Positions 10,095 through 20,391 are shown, numbered from the stretch's first letter. The stretch is DNA of 64,000 bases from Oceanispirochaeta sp. (GCA_963666275.2 CAXXOA010000002.1:32001-96000); one strand, 5' to 3'. The notes: a model not told the origin generated them from the sequence alone. Numbers and translations are program-made.

Positions 10095-11596
10095 TCAGGA
10101 ATCCGCAATGGTCTGCATCACAGATTGCTCATCAATTTCCACACCGTTTAATTCATTCACGATTTTTCTGTCTTTCAGAACTGCCACTCTGTTTGAAATA
10201 CGGACAACCTCTTCCAGTTCCGAGGAAATAAAGACGATGGAAAGGCCTTTGTTCTTTAGATCCAGAATGGCTTTCTGGATTTCAATTTTTGCTCCCACAT
10301 CAATCCCTCTGGTAGGTTCATCAAGAATCAGAATGTCAGGATTGGCCACCAGCCAGCGGGCCAGTATGCATTTCTGCTGATTACCGCCGCTCAGCGATTT
10401 TATGCTTGTATGAATGTCAGGTGTCTTGATTTTAAGGATATCCACATATTTCCGGGCAATACTGTCCCGTTCAGCCGGCTCATTAATCGGAATGTTCCCT
10501 TTTTAGCCTGCTGAGCCAGAATAATATTGTCTCTGACACTGAGTTCCTGCAGAAGCCCCGACTCTTTCCTGTCTTCCGGGCAGTATCCCATACCATGGGA
10601 AATGGCATCTTTCGGATTCCGAATGACCCCTTTCTTCCCTTTTATATAAAAATCCCCTTTATCGGGACTAATAATGCCGTACATGATATTTGCCACTTCG
10701 GTTCTTCCGGAACCGAGTAAACCGGCCAGGCCGAGGACTTCCCCTTTATTGAGATTCAGACTGAATTCTTCAATGTAGCCTTCCTTCCGGATATTCCTGA
10801 GAGAGAGGAGTTCTTCCTTTTCCCTCTGCTCTTCATTTGTCCACAGGGATTTATCCAGCTGCTTCAGTTCCTGCCCGAGCATATTTGAAATTAAATCTAT
10901 CTTTGAAATATTCTTTGTCTCATGCAGACCGACAAACTGCCCGTCTCTCAGGACAGTAATCCGATCAGTAATTTCAAACACCTGATCAAGAAAGTGGGTG
11001 ATAAATATGATGCTGATCCCCTGCCCTTTCAGCTTTCTCATAACCTTAAATAACTGATTGACTTCCTGCACATCCAGGCTGGATGTGGGCTCATCCAGAA
11101 TAAGAACTTTGGCACTGATATCCAATGCTCTGGCAATCGAAACCATCTGCTGAATGGCAACGGAATAGGTATTCAACGGCTGGGTAACATCGATATTGAG
11201 ATCCAGCAATGCCATGGCCTTCCGGGCCCTTTCATTCAGATCTTTCCAGTCGATCCCTTTCAGAAAACCGCTCCTGCCCGGCTGCCTTCCGAGAAAAATA
11301 TTCTCTGCAACAGACAGCATGGGGATCAGGTTGACTTCCTGATAAACAGTACTGATTCCCTTCTGAACAGCCTCATTGGGCGAATGAAAATCGATGATGT
11401 CCCCGTCAAAGGCAATGTCCCCGCTGTCTCTTCTGTAGATGCCGGTGATTACCTTGATAAGAGTGGATTTTCCGGCACCATTTTCGCCCATCAGGGCATG
11501 GATCTCACCCTCATCCAATGAAAAATCAACATTGGAGAGAGCTTTCACTCCGGGGAAGTTTTTGTCTACGTTTCTGACGCTAAGAATTTCTCCCAT
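10095..11596 (-). pseudogene. ytfR: Sugar ABC ATP-binding protein (YtfR-like, two NBDs), frameshifted near 10475 (real lesion or sequence error)
   Basis: ORF 10400-11596 has GENGAGKS, LILDEPT, GLLGSGRTE; ORF 10095-10445 has LSGGNQQK and ILDEPTRGIDVGAK; adding one G gives a continuous ...MSR-AERDSIARKYVDILKIKT. Confidence 0.85.
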
Positions 11597-11619
11597 CTGT
11601 TTCCTCTTACTTTTTAAAG

Positions 11620-11644
11620 AGGGACCTCCTCGATAGAGGTCCCT
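11620..11644 (-). other. Intercistronic stem-loop after the binding-protein gene
   Basis: AGGGACCTC-N7-GAGGTCCCT. Confidence 0.55.
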
Positions 11645-11671
11645 GAACTTTTTAATTTTTACCTTTGAAAA

Positions 11672-12625
11672 TCAGAAACCACCGGTGGGGTGATCCTTGT
11701 AATTGGTAGTGTCATACAGACTGTCGGGAGTAATAATGTACTGATCAACAGGTTTGCCTTCGATAGCCGCGAGAAGAGATTCAAATCCGAGGGGTCCCAG
11801 AAGAGGGCTGCATTCTACAGTGGCATTCAGATCGCCTCTTTCCATGGCTTCAAAAGCAGCCTTAATGGCATCAACAGAGATGATTTTCACATCCGAACCG
11901 GGTTTAATTCCAGAGGATTTCAGGGCTTCGATGGCACCGAGAGCCATACCGTCATTGTGAGCATAGATAACATCAAAATCTACGCCGGCGGCAATCCAGG
12001 CTTCCACAACCTGACGTCCTTTATCCTGGCTCCATTCTCCGGTTTTGGATTCTACAACTTCGATGCCGTCATAGGTATCGATAACTTCCATAAAACCCTT
12101 GCTGCGGAGAATGGCGGGATCTGCAGCGGGATCTCCGAAGAGTTCAACAACTTTTCCATTTCCATTCAATGCGTTGGCCACCCATTTTCCGGCTTCTCTG
12201 CCTTCAAAAGCAAAATCGGAAGAGATCTGGGTAACCCAGAGATCTTCGGGAGAATCCAGTCCTCTGTCCAGAAGGACAACAGGGATACCCGCAGCTTTTG
12301 CTTCGCCCAGAACTTCATCCCAACCGCTTCTGGTCTGGGGAGCCAGTAAAATACCGTCTACTTTCTGTGCAATGAAATCCCGAATGGCGGAAATCTGACC
12401 AGCCTGATCTGTGACTGACAGCTTCAGGTCTATACCGAGCCTTTCAGCTTCCTGCTGGACTGAATTTGTCTCGGTTGTTCTCCAGGGGCTGTCCTCCTTG
12501 ATCTGCGCAAACCCCACTTTCAACTGACCATTGCCCTTTTCCTGAGCTCCTCCGGCAAATACCGTTGAAGAGAGAGCCAGAAGCATGGAGATCACCAGAA
12601 CTGAAGAAACCAATACTTTTCTCAT
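11672..12625 (-). CDS. ytfQ: Sugar ABC substrate-binding protein (YtfQ-like)
   Basis: VGFAQ...WRTTET, QISAIRDFIAQKVD, GWDEVL.EAK.AGIPVVLLDR, AHNDGMALGA, VECSPLLGP; start MRKV at 12625 with AGGAG RBS. Confidence 0.85.
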   Translation of the reverse strand: MRKVLVSSVLVISMLLALSSTVFAGGAQEKGNGQLKVGFAQIKEDSPWRTTETNSVQQEAERLGIDLKLSVTDQAGQISAIRDFIAQKVDGILLAPQTRSGWDEVLGEAKAAGIPVVLLDRGLDSPEDLWVTQISSDFAFEGREAGKWVANALNGNGKVVELFGDPAADPAILRSKGFMEVIDTYDGIEVVESKTGEWSQDKGRQVVEAWIAAGVDFDVIYAHNDGMALGAIEALKSSGIKPGSDVKIISVDAIKAAFEAMERGDLNATVECSPLLGPLGFESLLAAIEGKPVDQYIITPDSLYDTTNYKDHPTGGF

Positions 12626-12661
12626 AAGAATTCTCCTTTGATTGAAATAATGTTTTTTAAT

Positions 12662-12679
12662 ATGCAAATGACATACCAA
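12662..12679 (-). promoter_or_regulatory. Sigma-54 (-24/-12) promoter of the ytfQ-type operon
   Basis: Minus strand TTGGTATGTCATTTGCAT = GG-N10-GC with TTGCA -12 box, about 36 bp upstream of the start codon; AT-rich tract upstream. Confidence 0.8.
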
Positions 12680-12899
12680 TTGTTTACTAAATAAAATTAA
12701 AACTTTCTATTTCCATATATTGCAATATATTAAAAAATTCCCTATTTTTCATATCGAAAATATTGGATACAAATAAGCCGGTTTTTACCCGCTAAATACA
12801 CATTATGCCACAGGAATCGTATAGCTATTACACAAATTCTGCTTTTTAAGATAAGACTTGACAAGTCCATGGAGTGATGCAAAAATTTTTCCACCCTTT

Positions 12900-14192
12900 A
12901 TGAAAAATAAAATATTAATCATTGATGATAATGAAAAGCTCTGTGAGAGCCTGGAAATGAATCTGATGCACCTTGGATACAGATGCGACTACAGAACCAA
13001 CGGCCCGTCATCCCTGAAATTCCTGGATGAGGAATCCCCCGATTTAATACTGCTGGATTTGTCACTGGGCGAAGAGAGCGGATTGGAAATACTGGAATGC
13101 ATAAAGGGTAAGAACGCCTTTATTCCTGTTATAATGATAACAGGATTCGGCACGATTCATACAGCAGTTCAGGCCATTAAGGCCGGAGCGGTCGACTATA
13201 TTCAGAAACCCCTGAATTTTACACATCTTCTCAAGAAAATTGAAAACACTTTGAAAACAGAATCTGTAGTCATGCCCGAATCCTTCATAATTCAGAGTCC
13301 TGAAATGAAGAAGCTCATGGAAAAGGCGGAAAAGCTGGCTAAAACGGATTTTCCCATTCTGATTACCGGAGAGAGCGGTACCGGGAAAGAACGGCTGGCC
13401 CATTTCATTCATGAGAATTCCGCCAGAAAGGATGAACCACTTCAGATCATCAATTCTGCAGCGTTTCCTGAAAGCCTGCTGGACAATGAGCTTTTCGGCC
13501 ATGAAAAAGGAGCCTATACCGGAGCGGATGCCCGGTTTATGGGTATTTTTGAGCGCTCTGACAAAAGCTCCCTGTTTATGGATGAAATTGGAGATATGAC
13601 CCTGCAGACCCAGGTGAAAATACTCAGGACCCTTCAGAACAGTGAAATCCGGAGAATCGGCGGGAACGAGGTCCGGAAGGTGGATGTCAGATTTATCGGC
13701 GCGACAAACAGAAATCTGCTGGAGATGATGCAGAACAAGAGATTCCGGGAAGATCTCTATTACAGGCTCAGCACGGCGGTTCTCCATGTCCCGAGTTTAA
13801 AAGACCGAACCGAAGATATCATCCCTCTTGCGGAGTATTTTCTCCGCAGCAGTTTCAAAGAAAGGAATATGACCCTGACTGAGGAGGCCCGGGAAGGACT
13901 CCTCCGCTATCAGTGGCCGGGGAATATACGTGAGCTTAAAAACTCCCTCCAGTATGCAGGAGCCCTGGCTTCGGAAAACAGAATACTTCTCTCTGATTTC
14001 CCCGGAAATATCCAGACGGCTGTAAACAGGGATTCCGCTCCGGTCCAGACCCTCGAAACAAGGGAGAAAGAGGCCATACTCAGCGCCCTTGAGCAAGCGA
14101 ATCACAATAAGACCGAAGCGGCGGAACTGCTGAATATAAGCCGGAAAACTCTTTATAATAAAATAGCCAAATACGGACTGATCAATGAGTGA
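12900..14192 (+). CDS. Sigma-54-dependent response regulator (NtrC/AtoC family)
   Basis: REC domain (ILIIDD, LILLD), GESGTGKE, ELFGHEKGAYTGA, LFMDEIG, FREDLYYRL, WPGNIREL, Fis-type HTH; ATG 12900 preferred because the TTG at 12858 lies in a TTGACA box. Confidence 0.93.
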   Translation: MKNKILIIDDNEKLCESLEMNLMHLGYRCDYRTNGPSSLKFLDEESPDLILLDLSLGEESGLEILECIKGKNAFIPVIMITGFGTIHTAVQAIKAGAVDYIQKPLNFTHLLKKIENTLKTESVVMPESFIIQSPEMKKLMEKAEKLAKTDFPILITGESGTGKERLAHFIHENSARKDEPLQIINSAAFPESLLDNELFGHEKGAYTGADARFMGIFERSDKSSLFMDEIGDMTLQTQVKILRTLQNSEIRRIGGNEVRKVDVRFIGATNRNLLEMMQNKRFREDLYYRLSTAVLHVPSLKDRTEDIIPLAEYFLRSSFKERNMTLTEEAREGLLRYQWPGNIRELKNSLQYAGALASENRILLSDFPGNIQTAVNRDSAPVQTLETREKEAILSALEQANHNKTEAAELLNISRKTLYNKIAKYGLINE

Positions 14193-15966
14193 TACAGCTC
14201 TGGTGGCATTGAGAGACGTCTCTCTGGTAATACAAAGTAGGAAAATTATAAGTTCTCTCAATATGGATATCTATCCCGGACAGATCCATGGACTCATCGG
14301 AGACAGGGGATCCGGAAAAACATCCATCGGCACCCTCCTGTCTCTGGATACGATTCCCGACAGGGGAAAAGTTTTCTGGAGAGGCGAAAAGATCGATCAC
14401 TACTCCTACAGGAGCCTGCAGAATCCGGGAATCCAGATGATCTATCAGGACGGAGGGCTTCTGGGCCATTTTACTGTAGCGGAAAATCTGTTCCTTCCCG
14501 AAAAGATTCTTCGCCCTTTTCCGTTCAACCGCAGAAAAAAAATGCAGAACGCCGCGGGACAGCTGATACGGGAGTACGGATTTGATATCGATCCGAACCA
14601 TCTGTTCATAGATCTGACCATGTCGGAACAGGTTGTGATTGAAATCCTGCGGTGCATTATCAAAGAGCCTGACTTTCTTGTGATTGATGAAGCCCTTGAA
14701 AAGCTCAACGGGGAAGATTACGAGAAGATTGTGACTGTCCTGAAAAAAGAATCCCGGGCGGGATTGAGTATTTTGTGTATCAGCCACAGGATTGATGATA
14801 TCTATGGTTTTGCCGAGACAGTATCGGTGGTCAGGAACGGATCCATCCTTCTGACGGATTCCACAAAAAAGATTGACCGCCTGAACCTGATCAAGCTCTG
14901 CTATACCCAGGTAACCCGGAACAAAAAATCGGAAGATGTGAATAAGGAGTTCTATCAGATCCTCAGATACAATGAGGCGATCCTGAAGAGCCTTCCCATT
15001 TCTCTTGTTGTGGTGGATGAAAAAAACAAGATCAAAATGATCAATGACCAGGGGCTGCTCTTTTTTAAAGTCGGCAGTGATGAGTATCTGAATCTGGATC
15101 TGAATACAATCATAAAGGATGAAGAGTCGTTCCGCCGTATCCAGGACAGCATTAACAGGGAAGCCACCCTCTATAACCTGAAAATTGAGAAAACCATCTG
15201 CAATATCAAGGTTTTCCCTATATTTGACGGGAAATTCTCCATCGGAAACATCATCATTCTGGAGGATATCTCAGAGCAGGAGGAGATGCGCCACAGGCTG
15301 AACCTCTCGGAAAACCTGGCATCCCTGGGGCTTCTGGCGGCCGGAGTGGCCCATGAGATAAACAATCCCCTGGAGATTATCTACAACTATCTGAATTTTC
15401 TGAAAATGGATCCGGAAGAACAGCAGCAGAAGAAGGTCGTCCGGCTTCTGGAAGAGGAGATGGACGGCATCAAGTACATCGTTTCCAACCTCATGTCCTT
15501 TTCGGGAAAACCCGAAGCCAACTTCGAGGACTTTGACCTGAACCAGCTTGTGAAACAGACCTTTTCCCTGTTGAAGCCCTCTGCAAAAGAGCGGAACATT
15601 GACTGCAGGTTCCTCACATCCCGGGAGGAGATTATTGTGGGGGCCAGTAAAATAGAGATTAGGCAGGTCCTTCTGAATCTCATTAAAAACAGCTTCGAGG
15701 TACTGAAATCAGACGGCTGTATCGAGGTGGAAACAGAGCAGGATTCCCAGTCCACCATCCTGAGAGTCAGAGACAACGGCCCGGGCATCCGGGAAGACAA
15801 TATCAGGGACATCCTCCTCCCCTTCTATTCCAACAAGAAAGAAGCCAGAAACATGGGGCTGGGTCTGACTGTCAGCTACAATATAATTAAAAAATATGAG
15901 GGAGAATTCTCCTTCAATAACCTTCAGGATCGGGGATGCGAGTTTGTAGTGAAGCTGCCCCGGTAG
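14185..15966 (+). CDS. ABC-ATPase domain / PAS-like / histidine kinase fusion protein
   Basis: aa 1-240 NBD (GDRGSGKT, IYQD, FTVAENLF, LVIDEA, ISH); PAS-like middle; AGVAHEINNPL H-box, QVLLNLIKNS, DNGPGI, MGLGL; no evident TM segment; overlaps the RR stop. Confidence 0.88.
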   Translation: MSDTALVALRDVSLVIQSRKIISSLNMDIYPGQIHGLIGDRGSGKTSIGTLLSLDTIPDRGKVFWRGEKIDHYSYRSLQNPGIQMIYQDGGLLGHFTVAENLFLPEKILRPFPFNRRKKMQNAAGQLIREYGFDIDPNHLFIDLTMSEQVVIEILRCIIKEPDFLVIDEALEKLNGEDYEKIVTVLKKESRAGLSILCISHRIDDIYGFAETVSVVRNGSILLTDSTKKIDRLNLIKLCYTQVTRNKKSEDVNKEFYQILRYNEAILKSLPISLVVVDEKNKIKMINDQGLLFFKVGSDEYLNLDLNTIIKDEESFRRIQDSINREATLYNLKIEKTICNIKVFPIFDGKFSIGNIIILEDISEQEEMRHRLNLSENLASLGLLAAGVAHEINNPLEIIYNYLNFLKMDPEEQQQKKVVRLLEEEMDGIKYIVSNLMSFSGKPEANFEDFDLNQLVKQTFSLLKPSAKERNIDCRFLTSREEIIVGASKIEIRQVLLNLIKNSFEVLKSDGCIEVETEQDSQSTILRVRDNGPGIREDNIRDILLPFYSNKKEARNMGLGLTVSYNIIKKYEGEFSFNNLQDRGCEFVVKLPR

Positions 15967-16275
15967 AAGATTAAGCCATAGAACGGAGTTTCTGTTGATT
16001 CCCGATCCGGCCTATCCTATTTATACTTCACAATAAGAACTGTTACCGATCCAGCCTCCCACAGCAAAACTATTTCCGGATTTGTCGAAACAGATGTCAT
16101 GCAACATACTCTCCCGAATGGTTCCGCGGCTTGTAATGGAAAGGTCTTCGCTGCTGGACTCCGCCGGTGCCTCAGAAAGAAAAGCAGTATTGTTGATAAT
16201 TCCTCTCGATAATTGACTTTTTATACGCAGATTAGCATAGTATGGTCAAAATAATACGAAAATCGGAGAATCAGA

Positions 16276-17013
16276 ATGAATTTCACTAAACTGATTACAG
16301 CTTTAACAATCCTTTTCATAGCCCTGACAGGCTGTACGGAAAAAAAAGATAGAATCGTGATGGGAACCAATGCGGCGTTCCCCCCCTTTGAATTTATAGG
16401 CGGAGAATCGGGCGATGAGGTCGTCGGATTTGATGCGGAAATAGCAAAGGAAATTGCTGCGGATCTCGGCAAAGAACTTGTGATTGAAGATATGGAGTTT
16501 GATACTCTCCTCACAGCTTTGAACGCAGACAAGGTGGATTTTGTCATTGCAGGTATGACTATTAATCCCAAGAGAGCGGAAAGTGTCGATTTTTCAGAGC
16601 CCTACTACGAAGCGACCCAGGCCGTAATTGTAAAAAAAGGCCAGGATGCGATCAGAGCCATTGAGGATCTCAGAGACAAGAAGATCTCGGTACAGCTTGG
16701 AACTACCGGAAACGATATGGCAAGCAAGTATACAACCGAAGAAAACATCACGGCGTTCAATACAGGTTTTGAAGCTGTTATGGAGCTGAAAAACAGCCGT
16801 GTGGACTGTCTAATTATCGATCAGCAGCCTGCTCTCAGCTTTATCAGCAAAAATCCCGAACTTGAAATTCTGTCCTTTGATTTTGAACCCGAATACTATG
16901 GTATAGCCATTAAGAAAGGCAACAGGGAACTTCTTGACTCTGTAAACAGGACTCTTGAAAGACTTCAATCCACAGGGAAGTATGACGAACTGCTTTCTCA
17001 GTTCATGAAATAG
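16276..17013 (+). CDS. Polar (basic) amino acid ABC transporter substrate-binding lipoprotein
   Basis: Lipobox LTGC; MGTNAAFPPFE, GFDAEIA, VQLGTTG, EYYGIA. Confidence 0.9.
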   Translation: MNFTKLITALTILFIALTGCTEKKDRIVMGTNAAFPPFEFIGGESGDEVVGFDAEIAKEIAADLGKELVIEDMEFDTLLTALNADKVDFVIAGMTINPKRAESVDFSEPYYEATQAVIVKKGQDAIRAIEDLRDKKISVQLGTTGNDMASKYTTEENITAFNTGFEAVMELKNSRVDCLIIDQQPALSFISKNPELEILSFDFEPEYYGIAIKKGNRELLDSVNRTLERLQSTGKYDELLSQFMK

Positions 17014-17022
17014 GAGAGAACC

Positions 17023-17703
17023 TTGATAGATGCCGTAAAAAGAACTCTTTTTGAAGAGCTTTGGGAATTCGGTCCCAACGGCATAACCCTGATGTTCAAC
17101 GGTCTTAAGGTCACCCTGGTGGTGACCTTATTTGCCGTCTTACTGGGTGTTGTGCTGGGAACGGTCATAGCTCTGATGAGGATGTCCAGAAAAAAAGTAT
17201 TCAACCTGATTGCAAGAGCCTATACGGAACTGATCAGAGGGACTCCTGTTCTTGTTCAGCTCCTGATTATCTACTTTGTTGTCTTTCAGGCTTTTGACAT
17301 CAACAAAACCATGGCTGCCGTCATAGCATTTGCAATAAACTCTGGTGCCTATGTATCTGAAATCATCAGAGCGGGAATACAGGCGGTATCAAAGGGACAA
17401 ATGGAAGCGGCCCGCTCTCTCGGTATGCCCCACCGTATGGCAATGAAGGAGATCATTCTGCCTCAGGCCGTAAAAAACATCCTTCCCGCCCTGGGGAATG
17501 AATTTATTGTGCTGCTGAAAGAAACATCCATCATTGGCTTTATCGGAGGCAACGATCTGATGCGGGCCGGCAATAAGATCAGAAGCATAACCTATGAAGC
17601 GACAACACCTCTTATTGCAACGGCGATTGTCTATCTTATACTCACTCTGACCCTTTCCCATATACTTTCAAGAGCCGAACGGAGAATGAAAAACAGTGAT
17701 TAA
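17023..17703 (+). CDS. Polar amino acid ABC transporter permease
   Basis: [36 protein letters not shown] start with AGGAG RBS. Confidence 0.92.
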   Translation: MIDAVKRTLFEELWEFGPNGITLMFNGLKVTLVVTLFAVLLGVVLGTVIALMRMSRKKVFNLIARAYTELIRGTPVLVQLLIIYFVVFQAFDINKTMAAVIAFAINSGAYVSEIIRAGIQAVSKGQMEAARSLGMPHRMAMKEIILPQAVKNILPALGNEFIVLLKETSIIGFIGGNDLMRAGNKIRSITYEATTPLIATAIVYLILTLTLSHILSRAERRMKNSD

Positions 17704-18418
17704 AGTAGTTGATCTTCATAAATATTTCGGAGAACTGGAAGTCCTCAGAGGCATAAGCGAACAGATTGATCAGGGAGAGGTCATAAGTGTTATCGGTCCA
17801 TCGGGAAGCGGAAAGAGTACCTTCCTCAGATGTTTGAACCGTCTTGAAGAACCCACATCCGGGAATATCTTTATCGAAGGGACAGAGATCACCGATCCTG
17901 CCACAGATATAGATAAACTCCGGGAAAAAGTGGGCATGGTTTTTCAGCAGTTCAACCTTTTTCCTCATAAAACCGTACTGGAAAATATAATCCTTGCCCC
18001 CGTAAAACTGGGAAAAATGGGAGTGGAAGAGGCAAAGGTAAGGGCTGCAGAACTTCTCGAACGTGTAGGCCTGGCGGATAAAAGGGATGAATATCCCAAC
18101 CGTCTCTCGGGAGGTCAGAAACAGAGAGTTGCAATCGCAAGGGCTCTGGCGATGAATCCCGATATTATGCTTTTTGATGAACCCACCAGTGCGCTCGACC
18201 CGGAAATGGTCGGAGAAGTCCTTGATGTGATCAAACAGCTGGCATCAGAAGGAATGACCATGGTTGTGGTCACTCATGAAATGGGTTTTGCACGGGAAGT
18301 AAGCAACAGAGTCCTCTTTATAGATGAAGGGATTATTGTTGAGAACAGACCGCCCGAGGAACTGTTCAGCAATCCACAAAATGAAAGGACAAGAGATTTC
18401 CTCTCAAAGGTATTGTGA
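17696..18418 (+). CDS. Polar amino acid ABC transporter ATP-binding protein (GlnQ/ArtP type)
   Basis: [42 protein letters not shown]. Confidence 0.95.
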   Translation: MIKVVDLHKYFGELEVLRGISEQIDQGEVISVIGPSGSGKSTFLRCLNRLEEPTSGNIFIEGTEITDPATDIDKLREKVGMVFQQFNLFPHKTVLENIILAPVKLGKMGVEEAKVRAAELLERVGLADKRDEYPNRLSGGQKQRVAIARALAMNPDIMLFDEPTSALDPEMVGEVLDVIKQLASEGMTMVVVTHEMGFAREVSNRVLFIDEGIIVENRPPEELFSNPQNERTRDFLSKVL

Positions 18419-18545
18419 GGGAGTGAACAATATGCCCGGCGCCATAGCCCGGGTATGTCTCATGGTTTGATAGGAATCCAGCTTTACCCCACAAAATGAC
18501 AGAGAGAACAGAAATCAATACCAGGATGGAATCTCTAAAAAGTCC

Positions 18546-19220
18546 TTACTCCCCGCCTGATTCTATAAGCCTGTTTCCCTCTTCCGGAAGCATGGGGCCT
18601 GCAATTTTTCCGAGGAGAACTCTGTCCGCCGCAGCATAACCTTCCCGGTTTTTCCTTTTCTGTATGGCTCCCTTCTTTTCCAGAGAAGCAAGATTCCTTG
18701 TGAGATGCCTGTAGCTGCATCCCATCCATTCGGAAAGCTGCCCCAGGTTCTGGGCCATCAGAGCGGGATCCTGTAAAAGCAGGTAGTAGTGGGCCAGTCT
18801 GACCTCCAGGGGATAGCTTGTGTTTATGGCTTCTGAAATGGAATTTTCATGCACCTTCCTGGCCAGCCCCTGTCCGAGAGCGAAAATCAGATCGCGATAC
18901 TGATCCCGCTTTAACTGTATATCAGCAATGGGGAGAACCAGAGTCCGGGCTTTCTCTGCGCATTGAACCGAACAGGACGCGGAATCACTGCCAAGGAAAA
19001 CTTCCAGATCCCCGATAACAGCACCGGGTGAATAGATGCGGTAGAGCTTTTCCCGCCCGTTGTTCATGGTTCTGAAAACTCTGAATTTGCCTTCAGTTAT
19101 AAAATAGAGTCCCCCGATCCTGTTCCCCTCTCTGCACAGAAACTCTCCCTTATGCCATTCCTGAATTTCCGACCTTGAAGATTCCAGAAATATTCTTTTA
19201 ATTTCACCTGACTGGGACAT
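18546..19220 (-). CDS. Crp/Fnr-family transcriptional regulator
   Basis: cNMP-binding fold (LYFITEG, GREKL, IGDLE) and C-terminal HTH (LSEWMGCSYRHLTR). Confidence 0.85.
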   Translation of the reverse strand: MSQSGEIKRIFLESSRSEIQEWHKGEFLCREGNRIGGLYFITEGKFRVFRTMNNGREKLYRIYSPGAVIGDLEVFLGSDSASCSVQCAEKARTLVLPIADIQLKRDQYRDLIFALGQGLARKVHENSISEAINTSYPLEVRLAHYYLLLQDPALMAQNLGQLSEWMGCSYRHLTRNLASLEKKGAIQKRKNREGYAAADRVLLGKIAGPMLPEEGNRLIESGGE

Positions 19221-19226
19221 ATGTCC
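19215..19226. promoter_or_regulatory. Perfect 12-bp palindrome, putative operator of the Crp-family regulator
   Basis: GGACATATGTCC overlapping the regulator start codon in a short divergent intergenic region. Confidence 0.6.
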
Positions 19227-19286
19227 TACCCCCTGTGCAAGATTCTAGGATAGCATCGTCTCCATATACAAGCAGGAAGGACAGGC

Positions 19287-20207
19287 ATGCCTTTTATATT
19301 ATCCGTTATTACGGGATTTTCAGTGGCTCTTATGATACAGATGAATGGGGTTCTGCAGATAGCTGTGGGGGGAATCCCTGCTCTGCTGGCCATACACCTC
19401 AGCGGCCTGACAGGGGCCCTTGTATTTCTGCTTCTGATGCAGAAAAGGATGCAGGGGGATTCTTCGGAAAAGACTCCGGCAGTCTATCTGACTGCGGGAA
19501 TGCTGGGAACTCTTCTTGTCTATCTTGCCAGTGTGATCTTTGAAAAAGGAGGGATACTCTTCTCCCTGAGCGGTTCTCTGGCGGGTCAGACTCTTGCAGC
19601 TGCATTGGTGGAAAGCCTCTATCCGACTGACCGCAGCCGCTCGCCCAGACTCCAGAGATTCCTTTCTCCGCTTCTCCTTATCCCCGGCTCTGTCATCATC
19701 GGGATAAAAGCCGGAGCCGGCCCGTTATGGATTCTCATATCCTGGACCCCGGGTGTTATCCTTATGGTTCAGCAGGTAATGAACTCCCGGAATACAGCCC
19801 GCTACGGAACTCCCCGTACCATTGTTTTCAACTACCTGTCAGCCCTGGTGATTATAATCCCCCTGTTCCTTTTCCGATCCGGTAGCCCCGTTACAGGCAC
19901 AGGCCTTGCCGGACAAGTGATACAGCTGCCCTGGTACGTGACTGCCGGGGGCGGCCTGATCGGGGTGTTTACAACGGGAATGATAGCCTATCTGCTTCTG
20001 GTTTCACCGGCCCTTACAGTGACTCTGGGCATCTACGCTGGAGAGCTGGCAGGGGGATTGATTCTGGATCTCTTTTACGGAAGGGAAATTGAAGCTCTGA
20101 AGCTGGCAGGAGTGCTTATTATTGCTGTCGGACTGATGACAGGAAAGATTAGAAGTCCCCGGAAAGAAAGACCACAGAGACTGGAGCAGGCAAACCACTC
20201 TCAATAA
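19287..20207 (+). CDS. DMT-family (YdcZ-like, duplicated) membrane transporter
   Basis: About 10 hydrophobic segments; two repeats with MNG/MNS, GG.LG and GQ/GE motifs. Confidence 0.75.
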   Translation: MPFILSVITGFSVALMIQMNGVLQIAVGGIPALLAIHLSGLTGALVFLLLMQKRMQGDSSEKTPAVYLTAGMLGTLLVYLASVIFEKGGILFSLSGSLAGQTLAAALVESLYPTDRSRSPRLQRFLSPLLLIPGSVIIGIKAGAGPLWILISWTPGVILMVQQVMNSRNTARYGTPRTIVFNYLSALVIIIPLFLFRSGSPVTGTGLAGQVIQLPWYVTAGGGLIGVFTTGMIAYLLLVSPALTVTLGIYAGELAGGLILDLFYGREIEALKLAGVLIIAVGLMTGKIRSPRKERPQRLEQANHSQ

Positions 20208-20391
20208 AAAGCTATTTGCTGTAGCCCTTTCAATCGGACCTGAAGTGTTATCCCTCAGGAACCCTATTCTCTTTTTCTGATCAGAAAATATCCCTGAATT
20301 CAGACATTTTCCAAAAATTTACTGAAGACTCTTCTATTTTTAAACATCATCGTTTTGGTAGAAACAATATGATTAGATGAGGGATATAATT

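Noticed and set aside
12858..12899. TTG start and N-terminal extension of the sigma-54 regulator (likewise TTG 54658 for the activase)
   Set aside because: The TTG is part of a TTGACA -35 box; the conserved domain begins at the downstream ATG
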